Below are positions 7,922-16,516 of a DNA stretch of 64,000 nt, piece after piece. The DNA is taken from positions 1 to 64,000 of the IMG/VR virus record IMGVR_UViG_3300028563_000011; one strand, 5' to 3'. A model generated the notes under the pieces. That model was not told where the DNA came from. It did not search any database and worked only from the letters and a program-made list of their open reading frames with translations. Numbering within the stretch: position 1 is the first letter of the stretch; every line of letters starts with the position of its first letter. Origin of the DNA: a virus. The position numbers and the translations under genes are program-made.

Positions 7922-8185
7922 ATGAAAGAGATCAAAAGTCAGGAACATCTGGACAACATGGCTAGAAAAGGAACCCCAGCCCGTTACTGGGTTGGTCACG
8001 TTCCGGGCAAGGATGATTTTGGGATCCCCATCATCGACGTTTTCTACGATGGGAAGACCAGGGCTGGTCCCTGGGCCTTTATGACCCCGGCCGCCTTCGC
8101 GAACTATGGCGTTGGTCTTGGAACAGGGCGAGGCCAGAAATACGAGCGTCAGGCTGACGGTCGTTGGCTCAAAACGGAGGGTTAA
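7922..8185 (+). CDS. conserved-looking phage hypothetical protein
   Basis: RBS; FYDGKT..GPWA.M.......YG.GLG.GRGQKY. Confidence 0.85.
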   Translation: MKEIKSQEHLDNMARKGTPARYWVGHVPGKDDFGIPIIDVFYDGKTRAGPWAFMTPAAFANYGVGLGTGRGQKYERQADGRWLKTEG

Positions 8186-8190
8186 AACAA

Positions 8191-8508
8191 ATGATCTCTC
8201 CGATTACGGCGCGCCGTGCCTTGGCCTTTAAGGCTGCAACTGATGGTCAGTTGAAGTTAACCGAAGAAGAGAAGGCTCGGTGGGAGCCTTTCCTCCACCA
8301 CACTTGGCAAGCCATTGGTCCGGATGCAGAGCAATTTGTCAGCAAGGGCCGTGGGCGAATTGCGGAGATCATTGAGCTTTGCCTTGATGCTAACCGCATG
8401 ACCACCTTTTCGAACATCACCCCTGAAGAAGAGGGGGTGTTGTGCGGTCTATGGGTCAAGAAAGACCGTAAGACCATGCAATGGTTACGGAAGACGTTGA
8501 ACTACTAA
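8191..8508 (+). CDS. hypothetical protein
   Basis: GGAGG RBS, start ATG 8191. Confidence 0.75.
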   Translation: MISPITARRALAFKAATDGQLKLTEEEKARWEPFLHHTWQAIGPDAEQFVSKGRGRIAEIIELCLDANRMTTFSNITPEEEGVLCGLWVKKDRKTMQWLRKTLNY

Positions 8509-8557
8509 AAGTACAACTAGCGCAGTCTCTTAACTGAGACTGCGTCAGGGTGTACTT
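8509..8557 (+). repeat. hairpin element copy 9 (near-identical to copy 15)
   Basis: AAGTACA-ACTAG-CGCAGTCTC..GAGACTGCG-TCAGGG-TGTACTT. Confidence 0.9.
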
Positions 8558-8588
8558 GAGTGTACATCTGTACCATAGGAGAGAGAAC

Positions 8589-8852
8589 ATGCTAGGCGAT
8601 GAGGAAGAGTGTGGAGCACTTACCAAGAAAATGCGAACATGGCTGGTGTTGTACTTTATGGCCGTTTTCGCTTCTACAGGGTACTTCTACAAGTACGACT
8701 GTGCTGACCCATCAACTCCAAATGACACACCTCGTGGGCTTTGCGCAGGGCTTATGGCTTTGGCCCTGCCGATAACCGGCCCTATGTCCTTTTCCGTCCA
8801 ACTGTGGACAAATGGGTTGCCCTTCTCGTTAAGTATCAAACCCAAAGACTGA
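8589..8852 (+). CDS. two-TM membrane protein
   Basis: RBS before ATG 8589; two hydrophobic segments. Confidence 0.75.
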   Translation: MLGDEEECGALTKKMRTWLVLYFMAVFASTGYFYKYDCADPSTPNDTPRGLCAGLMALALPITGPMSFSVQLWTNGLPFSLSIKPKD

Positions 8853-8900
8853 AGTACAACTAGGGTGGTGTTGAAGAAAGCACCACCTCAGGGTGTACTT
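8852..8900 (+). repeat. hairpin element copy 10
   Basis: AAGTACA-ACTAG-stem-TCAGGG-TGTACTT. Confidence 0.9.
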
Positions 8901-8929
8901 AAGTACACTTCTACCATAGGAGAGAGAAC

Positions 8930-9187
8930 ATGAAAAAGCAGCAGACCCAGCTTAAGGCTGGAATGCGAGTCACTATCAGTGGCGGGATGGAAGAATTCCG
9001 CGGCAAACGTGGCGTTATCATCAACACCGAACGCCTCATTGGGGATGTCGGTGGCTTGATGTACCGTGTCAGGCTTGATGAGCCTGTTGAAATCCCCGGC
9101 TTGGGCAAGGTCGAAGATGACGTCTGGGCTGTTGATAGACTTCAACCCCTGAAAGAAGAAACCACAGCGGCCGTACGTCGGTACTGA
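8930..9187 (+). CDS. KOW/SH3-like small protein
   Basis: LKAGMRVTISGG..EFRGKRGVI...YRVRLD. Confidence 0.8.
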   Translation: MKKQQTQLKAGMRVTISGGMEEFRGKRGVIINTERLIGDVGGLMYRVRLDEPVEIPGLGKVEDDVWAVDRLQPLKEETTAAVRRY

Positions 9188-9213
9188 TCCAGCACAGAGG
9201 GTATCGAATAAGC

Positions 9214-9259
9214 ATTGCAAGCTCGGTGGTTACTTACGAGTAATCACCAGGGTTGCAAT
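9214..9259 (+). repeat. hairpin element copy 11 (GCTC/AGGG subtype)
   Basis: ATTGCAA-GCTC-stem with TACG loop-AGGG-TTGCAAT. Confidence 0.85.
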
Positions 9260-9286
9260 CCTGCGACCTCATAGGAGAGAGATCTT

Positions 9287-10762
9287 ATGTTAAAGACAAA
9301 GGTACCTGCAAAGAAGGTTCCTGCCGTTGAGGCCCACAATTGGTCTCAGTACGAAGGAGGCGTCAAGTTTGACGGCCAGCACATTGTGCTGCCTGCAAAC
9401 CCAGAAGAAATGCCTCTTGACGTGGCTGAAGACCACATCCGGCGCCTTCGTCAAGACCAAGAACAGAAATACCGGTTCTTCGAGAAAATCGATGCCTACC
9501 CGCACGATGCGGCCGTTGCCTTTCAACGGGCGATGGTGAATTTGTTCGGGTGGTCGTCGCCACAGTCCATGATGACTTGGTTCGGGAAGCGTCCGCCGGA
9601 AATGTTGCGTGTGAGTACCGGTCCCGGACCGAATGATTTCGTTCAGGTCCCTCAGGGCTCCTTCAAGGTCCCAAACATCGAGGACGATATCCAGGCTGCT
9701 ATCAATACCGATGAGAACTTCTTCTACATCACAGCGAGCATCAAGAAAAAGGATCAGCCCAAGATGGTTCGGCTGGTCGAAGAAACTCGACGGCTTGTCC
9801 GCGAGGAAAGCATCTATCGCGGGAAGGCCATCCAACTGCGGGTGGACGAAGACGGTGACCTGATGGTCAGGAAACCACCAGAGTTCATCGACGCGACCAA
9901 GTCAGTGCCGGTCATCTTGGATGATTTGGTAATGAATCAAGTGAAAGACAATCTCTTGGTTCCCATCAAATTCACCCAACAAGTCAAGGCTTTGGGGATC
10001 CCTCTGAAAAGGGGAGTCCTGCTCGAAGGCCAATACGGTACTGGCAAGACCCTCATCGCCAAGCTTGTGGCGAATGTGTGTTACGAGAACGGCTGGACCT
10101 ACATCCTGCTGGATCGTATCCAGGGTCTCCGTGCGGCGCTGGAATTCGCCAAAAGGTACTCGCCGGCAGTGGTCTTTGCTGAAGATATCGACCGTATCGC
10201 CGACGAACGTGACGATGATACCAATGACCTCATCAACACGATCGACGGGGTGGTGTCGAAAGACAGCGAGATCATGACGGTTCTCACCACCAACTTCGTG
10301 GAGAAACTGGACCCAGTAATCCTTCGCCCCGGTAGACTGGACGCGGTAATCTCTATCCGTGCTCCTCAAGCCGAAGCTGTGGAACGGCTGATCCGGTTCT
10401 ATGCCGGTGAGTTGCTTGACAAGGACGAAAATCTGGCATCACTCAAGGATGTCTTAAAGGGACAGATCCCTGCAACCATCCGTGAGGTGGTGGAACGGTC
10501 CAAGTTGGGCAGTATCGGACGTGGAGCTTCAACGCTGTCCGCCAACGACCTGCTGGTCTCGGCGGAGACCATGAAGAATCACATGGCTCTGTTGGCTCCG
10601 AAGCTGCCGCCACAAACGGCAGCTGAGAAGTTGTCTGAAGGGCTTCAGGAAGTCCTTCACATCGGCAATGGGTCCACCGACTACGAGGGTTTGGCTGAAG
10701 GCTTAGCCGACCAAATCAACAAGCGTGGGGGCATGATGATTATGTCTCCCAAGAAGAACTAA
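9287..10762 (+). CDS. AAA+ ATPase (proteasome/FtsH-like clade)
   Basis: Walker A GQYGTGKT, Walker B VVFAEDID, second region of homology LDPVILRPGRLD. Confidence 0.92.
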   Translation: MLKTKVPAKKVPAVEAHNWSQYEGGVKFDGQHIVLPANPEEMPLDVAEDHIRRLRQDQEQKYRFFEKIDAYPHDAAVAFQRAMVNLFGWSSPQSMMTWFGKRPPEMLRVSTGPGPNDFVQVPQGSFKVPNIEDDIQAAINTDENFFYITASIKKKDQPKMVRLVEETRRLVREESIYRGKAIQLRVDEDGDLMVRKPPEFIDATKSVPVILDDLVMNQVKDNLLVPIKFTQQVKALGIPLKRGVLLEGQYGTGKTLIAKLVANVCYENGWTYILLDRIQGLRAALEFAKRYSPAVVFAEDIDRIADERDDDTNDLINTIDGVVSKDSEIMTVLTTNFVEKLDPVILRPGRLDAVISIRAPQAEAVERLIRFYAGELLDKDENLASLKDVLKGQIPATIREVVERSKLGSIGRGASTLSANDLLVSAETMKNHMALLAPKLPPQTAAEKLSEGLQEVLHIGNGSTDYEGLAEGLADQINKRGGMMIMSPKKN

Positions 10763-10768
10763 AGCCTT

Positions 10769-10817
10769 TTGTAAGCTCGATGTCCCGTCAAAAGTCGGCG
10801 GGGCATCAGGGTTGCAA
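10769..10817 (+). repeat. hairpin element copy 12
   Basis: TTGTAA-GCTC-stem-AGGG-TTGCAA. Confidence 0.85.
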
Positions 10818-10892
10818 TCGTGCAGCCAATCAGGTCCACTGCAACTTTCTTAGGTCCTGAATCATCACCCAGATGAGAGGAGGAGAAGGGTC

Positions 10893-10970
10893 ATGACTAT
10901 TCATCACCACTGTGCTCTGTGTGCGTACGGGTACATCCTCGCCTTGATGGTGGGAACCCTCCCTTGGTAA
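10893..10970 (+). CDS. 25-aa His/Cys peptide (not in track)
   Basis: GAGGAGGAG RBS; MTIHHHCALCAYGYILALMVGTLPW. Confidence 0.5.
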   Translation: MTIHHHCALCAYGYILALMVGTLPW

Positions 10971-10983
10971 TGGAGACAAAAAC

Positions 10984-11223
10984 ATGTCTGCAATTCGCAG
11001 TCATTCGCAATCCCTTGCCAAAGCCGTGTCCTGGCGGTTGGTCGGCAGCGTTGATACTTTCGTTGTCGCTTTCGTCCTTACTGGCCATCCAGGAGCAGCC
11101 GGAGCAATTGCTTCGACTGAGGTTCTCACGAAGACTGTTCTGTACTACCTCCATGAGCGGGTCTGGCTGATCCGTCAATGGGGCGGAAGGAAGGTGCCCG
11201 ATGATCAAGAAAGTCATGACTAA
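10984..11223 (+). CDS. DUF2061-like membrane protein
   Basis: SLAKAVSWRLVGS.DTF....LYYLHERVW..I.WG. Confidence 0.85.
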   Translation: MSAIRSHSQSLAKAVSWRLVGSVDTFVVAFVLTGHPGAAGAIASTEVLTKTVLYYLHERVWLIRQWGGRKVPDDQESHD

Positions 11224-11389
11224 ACTGCACATCCATGTCAGCCACAAGGTTCTCCATGTCGGGGCGCACTGGACTGAGATGACGTATCTGATACTGGTGT
11301 TTGTGACCTCCCACGGTCCTTACACCTGGGCGGCGGGAACCTTGTTCGTCATCAAGGTGATTGCCGTGATCAAACACGAGGAGGTGTGA
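11201..11389 (+). CDS. small His-rich membrane protein
   Basis: ORF with RBS, two hydrophobic segments. Confidence 0.65.
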   Translation: MIKKVMTKLHIHVSHKVLHVGAHWTEMTYLILVFVTSHGPYTWAAGTLFVIKVIAVIKHEEV

Positions 11390-11392
11390 AAG

Positions 11393-11554
11393 ATGAAAGT
11401 CCCTCAATTGACAAAACATCAACACCGCGTCCTCGTCTTTGTGGGGTTATTCTTGTGCGTGGTAGTTTCGGTTAGTGAAGCCGGGTACTATACGCACTCT
11501 GCGATAATCCAGTTCCTCGTCAACGCTTTTTGGCTCCTTGAGCCAGAAGCCTAG
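11393..11554 (+). CDS. 53-aa membrane protein (not in track)
   Basis: GAGGAGG RBS; MKVPQLTKHQHRVLVFVGLFLCVVVS... Confidence 0.65.
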   Translation: MKVPQLTKHQHRVLVFVGLFLCVVVSVSEAGYYTHSAIIQFLVNAFWLLEPEA

Positions 11555-11566
11555 CAACATAGCACG

Positions 11567-11613
11567 ATTGCAAGCTCGAAGCCCAATCTTTGGTTGGGCT
11601 TCAGGGTTGCGAT
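11567..11613 (+). repeat. hairpin element copy 13
   Basis: ATTGCAA-GCTC-GAAGCCCAA..TTGGGCTTC-AGGG-TTGCGAT. Confidence 0.85.
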
Positions 11614-11646
11614 AATGCTGACACAACCCTTATAGGAGAGAGAACC

Positions 11647-11823
11647 ATGGAAATCTTTGGCAGAGAAATCGGGACTTCCGAGAAACCTACCATCAGCCTT
11701 GATCACGTGGATGAAGTCGTTTTCAAACACAAGGGAAACACTTTTGTTGTTTCCCTTGCAGAGTTCCGGGAATTTGGAAAGCTCAGTGTTCAAGCAAACA
11801 AAAACAAGATTTATGTAACGTAA
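11647..11823 (+). CDS. hypothetical protein
   Basis: RBS before ATG 11647. Confidence 0.75.
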   Translation: MEIFGREIGTSEKPTISLDHVDEVVFKHKGNTFVVSLAEFREFGKLSVQANKNKIYVT

Positions 11824-11870
11824 AGAGCTACTTGAGGAGGTCTGAATAAGACCTTCTCGGGGAGCACTTT
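11822..11870 (+). repeat. hairpin element copy 14
   Basis: AAAGAGCT-ACTT-stem-GGGG-AGCACTTT. Confidence 0.75.
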
Positions 11871-11892
11871 GCTCTTATAGGAGAGAGAAACC

Positions 11893-12138
11893 ATGATTGA
11901 TTTGTCAAAAGAGAGGAAACCAGTCCTCACCGAGGTTGAGGTCTTAGGGTTTGCTGCCAAGAACAAAACTACCGGACAGTGGTTGTCAATATCCAATCCA
12001 GATGGACCTTGGTCCACAATTTTGGTTATGGAAACCAAGCAAGAATTACTAAGCTTTGCCGCACAGTTGAAGCATTACGAGAAAGACGTGGAAATCGTTG
12101 AAGTATTGGCAAATATCCGAGCAGTCCCCACCAACTGA
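11893..12138 (+). CDS. hypothetical protein
   Basis: conserved RBS. Confidence 0.8.
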   Translation: MIDLSKERKPVLTEVEVLGFAAKNKTTGQWLSISNPDGPWSTILVMETKQELLSFAAQLKHYEKDVEIVEVLANIRAVPTN

Positions 12139-12183
12139 GTACAACTAGCGCAGTCTTCCTTTAGACTGCGTCAGGGTGTACTT
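12137..12183 (+). repeat. hairpin element copy 15
   Basis: GAGTACA-ACTAG-stem-TCAGGG-TGTACTT; 3' half identical to copy 9 through the ATG. Confidence 0.9.
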
Positions 12184-12214
12184 GAGTGTACATCTGTACC
12201 ATAGGAGAGAGAAC

Positions 12215-12352
12215 ATGATGGATGAAGACTGGCTTTACGCAACCCTTACACCTGAGGAACAACGTGAAGTCTATGAAGCTCAACTCAGGGCTTTGCCCTA
12301 TTGGGCTGCTGGAGTTCTGGTGTTCCTCCTCTTGATTTGGGGGGTGTCGTGA
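12215..12352 (+). CDS. 45-aa C-terminal TM protein (not in track)
   Basis: conserved RBS; GTGA overlap with the DoxX gene. Confidence 0.75.
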   Translation: MMDEDWLYATLTPEEQREVYEAQLRALPYWAAGVLVFLLLIWGVS

Positions 12353-12813
12353 ATGAAACGATCCACTTCTTGTTTTTGGGGTTCAACGCTCCAGAAGCGA
12401 TCCTCTCCATCAATCGGGTCGTCCTGGGGGTAGTGTTCACTATCACAGGCTTTCACAAGTGCTTCTATCCTCAACGGCATGAGGTATTTTGCCACACTTT
12501 GAAAGAGTGTGGTATACCCGATATTCCACTAGTGGACTGGTTTGTCTGCTCGGTGGAGCTCTTGGGGGGACTGGCTCTTGTGATAGGCCTCCTCGCTCCC
12601 TTAGCAGCCCTAGGGCTGCTCGGAATAGCAGTGGTAGCGGTTGTTACCAACGGGATCTATCGCATCCCCAACGACGAACCTGAGGACCTAGGAGACTGGG
12701 TTTTCTACTTCCTCTACCTCCCTGAGGTCCTATGGGTTGTGATGCTTCTTGTTGTGATTATTGGTGGGCCCGGTTGGTTCTCTTTGGACCACTACATCTC
12801 AACCCTAATCTAA
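12349..12813 (+). CDS. DoxX-family membrane protein
   Basis: RVVLGVVF...G.HK...VELLGG..L..GLL...AAL...GPG.FSLD. Confidence 0.9.
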   Translation: MNETIHFLFLGFNAPEAILSINRVVLGVVFTITGFHKCFYPQRHEVFCHTLKECGIPDIPLVDWFVCSVELLGGLALVIGLLAPLAALGLLGIAVVAVVTNGIYRIPNDEPEDLGDWVFYFLYLPEVLWVVMLLVVIIGGPGWFSLDHYISTLI

Positions 12814-12819
12814 AAGGCT

Positions 12820-12873
12820 TTGCAAGCTCGATACTCACTCTTGGAAAAGATAGCGTGAGTATCTGGGTTGCAA
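12820..12873 (+). repeat. hairpin element copy 16
   Basis: TTGCAA-GCTC-GATACTCAC..GTGAGTATC-TGGG-TTGCAA. Confidence 0.85.
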
Positions 12874-12900
12874 TCCTGCAACCTATAAGGAGAGAGAACC

Positions 12901-13110
12901 ATGTCGGTCACACACCAAACCCACATCCATACCCATGCTCCCAAGGCAAAGGTTATTGAGACTACTGCGACCTTCGACGGCACCTGTTATCAGGAAGACG
13001 GGGACAATCCCGTATTCACCACGGACCTGGGCGTTCACGACCGGGTGTTCGGCGGTACGGAGAATTTTCCGCGGCGTGTGCGGATCACGATCACCCCGAT
13101 CACCGACTAA
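12901..13110 (+). CDS. hypothetical protein
   Basis: conserved RBS. Confidence 0.8.
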   Translation: MSVTHQTHIHTHAPKAKVIETTATFDGTCYQEDGDNPVFTTDLGVHDRVFGGTENFPRRVRITITPITD

Positions 13111-13133
13111 GGCTTAGCCAAGACTTTCGGCCT

Positions 13134-13191
13134 GTAGCGTAGCGAAGCGTGGTCTTCTGAAAACCCAGGGGACCACGTCACGGTGCGCTAT
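13134..13191 (+). repeat. hairpin element copy 17
   Basis: GTAGCGTA-GCGAAG-stem-TCACGG-TGCGCTAT. Confidence 0.85.
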
Positions 13192-13216
13192 TGCACCCTT
13201 ATAGGAGAGAGATAAA

Positions 13217-13849
13217 ATGAGAGTCATCATTCATGATGAAGAGGGTAATGCTCACGCCTACGAGGTCAACTTGGACGGTCGGAAGGAAGCCTTGGCGGAA
13301 GCCTGGCGAATGTTCCGGAGTGAACTCGCCGGCGAAGACGTGACTCCTGACGGGGAGCAGCCGCCGGATTGGGCTGTGGCCCACCCCGTCATCAACCCCA
13401 AGCACTTGGGCACTTACGACCGGGTGTACGGAGGCAATCCTGAGCTTGTTCACATCAAAGACAAGCATCGCCGGGAATTGGGCAAGGGCTTCGCGATGGC
13501 CTTGGACAGCGTCATGCGTGAAAGGGCTGAAATGGACGCAACCGGGAAGGCTTTGTGTCCCGGTTGCTATATGATCGCGTTGTACGATGCGGCGGTCTAC
13601 TTGGCCCAAGATAACGGGCAGTCCTTGTCCGAATTGGGCCACACTATGGCATGGGCCTTCACGCAACTGGCTCAAGGGACCCTCAACCTCACGGAAGAGA
13701 TCCACGTGATGGTGGACCCGGAAGCTTCAGCCAGCCCCAATTGGCTAGTCAATCAGCCTCCTGCTGATGGCCAAGACCACGAAGAGCCCCATAGCGCTCA
13801 GGTCGCACCGTTGCTGGGCCTGGAAGGCCAGGAAGGAACATCCAACTAA
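13217..13849 (+). CDS. hypothetical protein (CPGC motif)
   Basis: conserved RBS, 210 aa. Confidence 0.85.
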   Translation: MRVIIHDEEGNAHAYEVNLDGRKEALAEAWRMFRSELAGEDVTPDGEQPPDWAVAHPVINPKHLGTYDRVYGGNPELVHIKDKHRRELGKGFAMALDSVMRERAEMDATGKALCPGCYMIALYDAAVYLAQDNGQSLSELGHTMAWAFTQLAQGTLNLTEEIHVMVDPEASASPNWLVNQPPADGQDHEEPHSAQVAPLLGLEGQEGTSN

Positions 13850-13854
13850 ACAAA

Positions 13855-13904
13855 AAGTGTAGTGCAGCGCAGTCTCTTAACTGAGACTGCGTCACGGTAC
13901 ACTT
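13855..13904 (+). repeat. hairpin element copy 18 (near-identical to copy 24)
   Basis: AAGTGTA-GTGCAG-stem-TCACGG-TACACTT. Confidence 0.9.
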
Positions 13905-13930
13905 GGGTACCACTTATAGGAGAGAAGATC

Positions 13931-14233
13931 ATGGTTGAAAATGAGAAAAAGTACTCAATGGAAGAAATTCATAAGATGCGCGATAAACTCGCCGTCCTTT
14001 TGAGCCCATACGACAAGGAGGACTTTCTCTTGCTCTTTCTGGGCTTGTTGAAGTTCTTGGCTGATCGCCTAGTGACACATTCCAAAGCCAAGAAATATGT
14101 TGAAAACGGAGAACCCATTTCCAAGGAGCATATGGCAGACGATTTGCTCCGTGGGGCGGGTCTTATCGGCAAGACCTTTACAGCCTACGTTGCTGAGTCA
14201 TTCAAGCAAGTGACTTCCTCAGCCATTAACTAA
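13931..14233 (+). CDS. hypothetical protein
   Basis: RBS before ATG 13931. Confidence 0.8.
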   Translation: MVENEKKYSMEEIHKMRDKLAVLLSPYDKEDFLLLFLGLLKFLADRLVTHSKAKKYVENGEPISKEHMADDLLRGAGLIGKTFTAYVAESFKQVTSSAIN

Positions 14234-14235
14234 CA

Positions 14236-14284
14236 AAGTACAACTAGGTGAGCCTGCCTTTTAGGGCTCACTCAGGGTGTACTT
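14236..14284 (+). repeat. hairpin element copy 19
   Basis: AAGTACA-ACTAG-GTGAGCC..GGCTCAC-TCAGGG-TGTACTT. Confidence 0.9.
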
Positions 14285-14314
14285 AAACAATGCACCGTAT
14301 AGGAGAGAGCAAAG

Positions 14315-14779
14315 ATGTCACAATCAAACCCAATAGACCCTTGGTTCGAACGTCCCTTGGACCACCGAGCGCCTAAGGGTGGGGAGGAAGGTGTCAATGG
14401 TCATCACTACAAAGGTGGGGAGTTCTTACCTTTCTACGTACCTAGGCCAGTGATGCCTCAAATTGAGCATCACGACCTGAACGCCTTGATCCGGTTTGTG
14501 AGGGAAAAGGGAGTATGGGCCCGTAGGAGGATCTATACTCCATTAGAACTCCACAACCATCAACGCATCAATTGGGACGCTAGCCGCTGGAAACCCCAGC
14601 TAGGACGCTTCCCGGTACTTGTGTCTGTGGATAAGTTCATCCTCGACGGGAATCATCGTTGGTACGGGCACCTGAAGGAAGGAACCCCAGTTCCAGTCGT
14701 CCAATTTGGTTTGGCGTTTGAGCCGGCCATAGCCCTCCTCTTCAAATTCCCTCGAACATCTTCAGGAGCTCGACAATGA
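14315..14779 (+). CDS. ParB/Srx-like domain protein
   Basis: PVLVS.D.FILDGNHRW motif. Confidence 0.75.
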   Translation: MSQSNPIDPWFERPLDHRAPKGGEEGVNGHHYKGGEFLPFYVPRPVMPQIEHHDLNALIRFVREKGVWARRRIYTPLELHNHQRINWDASRWKPQLGRFPVLVSVDKFILDGNHRWYGHLKEGTPVPVVQFGLAFEPAIALLFKFPRTSSGARQ

Positions 14780-15006
14780 GGAAAAGGAAAGCAAACTTGC
14801 TTCCAGACACACGTCCTCGTTGGGACGACCCTGACTTAAGATGTTCTTACGGGAAGTACAAAGAGGGAAAGTCTGCATTAGATGTACAACGAGGCTGTAA
14901 GCATCGTATGCACGACCTTTTACCTGAGTGGGACCCTTCACCTGAGTGGTATGCTGACCCATCCTATTTTTGGGGTTGTAGGAACAAAGGAGATCAAAGT
15001 GAATGA
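14776..15006 (+). CDS. hypothetical protein
   Basis: ATGA overlap and AGGAG RBS. Confidence 0.6.
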   Translation: MRKRKANLLPDTRPRWDDPDLRCSYGKYKEGKSALDVQRGCKHRMHDLLPEWDPSPEWYADPSYFWGCRNKGDQSE

Positions 15007-15256
15007 GCAAATCATAGCTAAACTAGGGTATTCCCCAGCTAAACAGCTTCCATCAGGAGAATGGGCCGGGGTGATGGATATGCTTTTCACTGTTGGCCTT
15101 TTTGTTGGAATAGACATGGTAGGTTGGCGTACTCGATATTGTTTCCCCAATCGTGCGGCTGCTGAAGCCGCTTTGAAAGCTTGGGATGGGGAAGGCTTTC
15201 CACCAGGTTATTGGATCAAACAAAAGCCGGAAGACATATCTAACCCCAATCTCTGA
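14999..15256 (+). CDS. hypothetical protein
   Basis: AAGGAG RBS before GTG 14999; GWRTRYCF...W.G.G.PPG.WIK. Confidence 0.7.
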   Translation: MNEQIIAKLGYSPAKQLPSGEWAGVMDMLFTVGLFVGIDMVGWRTRYCFPNRAAAEAALKAWDGEGFPPGYWIKQKPEDISNPNL

Positions 15257-15311
15257 TTGTAGACTGATGGGCTACTTTTCTCTTTTCAAGTTAGCCCATT
15301 GGCGTGCAATC
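15255..15311 (+). repeat. hairpin element copy 20 (divergent)
   Basis: GATTGTA..ATGGGCTA/TAGCCCAT..TGCAATC, alternative GCGTGCA/TGCACGT hairpin. Confidence 0.7.
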
Positions 15312-15336
15312 CCTGCACGTTATAGGAGAGAGAACA

Positions 15337-15876
15337 ATGATCAGTGCAACGTACTGTTGCGTTCCGGAAGGAATTCGTCCGATCTTTGACGTGGCACTAG
15401 AACTCACCTCAAAGCGATTGGGCATTGATGCCTACAATGCTACAATCAAGTTCCATCTGAGGCCCCCAGGCTTCACTTCAAAAGACACGCCTGAGGGTAT
15501 GTCAGAAGGTGGAGCCTTAGCGCCTTCTCTTTCGGAAGAGAATGCCAAGCGTGTGGAAAAGGGTCTGCCGCCGAAACTGTTTGACTTATCCATTACGGTT
15601 GATTCACCAACGCAAATGATGCTCGCTTTCGCGCATGAGATGATACACATCCGTCAGTGGTTAACGGGGGAACTAGCCATTAAGACTATGCGCAAAAGTT
15701 CCCCCAAAGAACTTCAGTACCTATACTACAATAGGGTTCCCATCAAGGATGAAATCCCTTATAAGGCCCGACCTTGGGAAACTGAAGCCCACAAGAAAAT
15801 GGATGAGTTGGCAGTTTGGTTGATGAGAGAATTGACCAAACACGAAGAGGAAATATTGGGTAAAGTGCGCCCTTAA
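15337..15876 (+). CDS. HExxH zinc metallopeptidase-like protein
   Basis: AHEMIHIRQW ... Y..RPWETEA. Confidence 0.8.
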   Translation: MISATYCCVPEGIRPIFDVALELTSKRLGIDAYNATIKFHLRPPGFTSKDTPEGMSEGGALAPSLSEENAKRVEKGLPPKLFDLSITVDSPTQMMLAFAHEMIHIRQWLTGELAIKTMRKSSPKELQYLYYNRVPIKDEIPYKARPWETEAHKKMDELAVWLMRELTKHEEEILGKVRP

Positions 15877-15880
15877 AAGC

Positions 15881-15926
15881 AAGTGTAACTAGCACAGCCC
15901 TATTAGGGCTGTGTCAGGGTACACTT
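15881..15926 (+). repeat. hairpin element copy 21
   Basis: AAGTGTA-ACTAG-CACAGCCCT..AGGGCTGTG-TCAGGG-TACACTT. Confidence 0.9.
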
Positions 15927-15955
15927 AAATGTACCATTTGAAAAGGAGAGAGAAC

Positions 15956-16294
15956 ATGGATATCGAAAACCTTACGCTCAAACAGATCCGAGAAATCGGG
16001 TCTTTGTTTCAAGCTACTCCATCCAATACGGAAGGAGCCTGGAAAATTGGGCGGAATTACCTCATTCGTACCGTCACAATGTTCCAAACGGGTAGGCTGG
16101 TTGCGGTTTACCCCCAAGAACTGGTCCTTGAGGACGCCGCTTGGATCCCCGATACTGGACAGTTTGCTCAGGCCGTCGAGAAATCTCAATTCAAGGAAGT
16201 CGAACCCTTCCCTGATAACCGACAGGTTATTGTTGGCCGAGGTTCAGTGATTGACGCCGTGGAAATCCAAATCCTTCCAAGGTCAATCAAATGA
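15956..16294 (+). CDS. putative Sm/LSm-like beta-barrel protein (DUF6948-like)
   Basis: IG.NYLIRTVT....GRLVAV...ELVLEDAAWI.D.G; ATGA-coupled to the SR/SW peptide. Confidence 0.75.
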   Translation: MDIENLTLKQIREIGSLFQATPSNTEGAWKIGRNYLIRTVTMFQTGRLVAVYPQELVLEDAAWIPDTGQFAQAVEKSQFKEVEPFPDNRQVIVGRGSVIDAVEIQILPRSIK

Positions 16295-16446
16295 GTACCA
16301 TTTCGATACTAGGGTCTAGGTCTTGGTCTTGGTCTTGGTCTGGGTCTAGGTCTGGGTCTTGGTCTGGGTCTTGGTCTGGGTCTAGGTCTAGGTCTAGGTC
16401 TAGGTCTGAGTCTAGGTCTTGGTCTTGGTCTGGGTCTACGAGTTAA
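16291..16446 (+). CDS. Ser-Arg/Ser-Trp dipeptide-repeat peptide 1 (51 aa, not in track)
   Basis: MSTISILG(SX)n from a TCT-NGG hexamer array; ATGA overlap. Confidence 0.7.
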   Translation: MSTISILGSRSWSWSWSGSRSGSWSGSWSGSRSRSRSRSESRSWSWSGSTS

Positions 16447-16448
16447 GC

Positions 16449-16496
16449 GATTGTTACTCACTACAGTCTATCACAAGACTGTAGTAGGAAGCAATC
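16449..16496 (+). repeat. hairpin element copy 22
   Basis: GATTGTT-ACTC-ACTACAGTCT..AGACTGTAGT-AGGA-AGCAATC. Confidence 0.75.
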
Positions 16497-16516
16497 AGAC
16501 AAGAAAAGAGAGATCA

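Noticed and set aside
6427-13705. Many minus-strand ORFs in the early arm, and plus-strand ORFs in the late arm
   Set aside because: Antisense shadows of RBS-supported genes.
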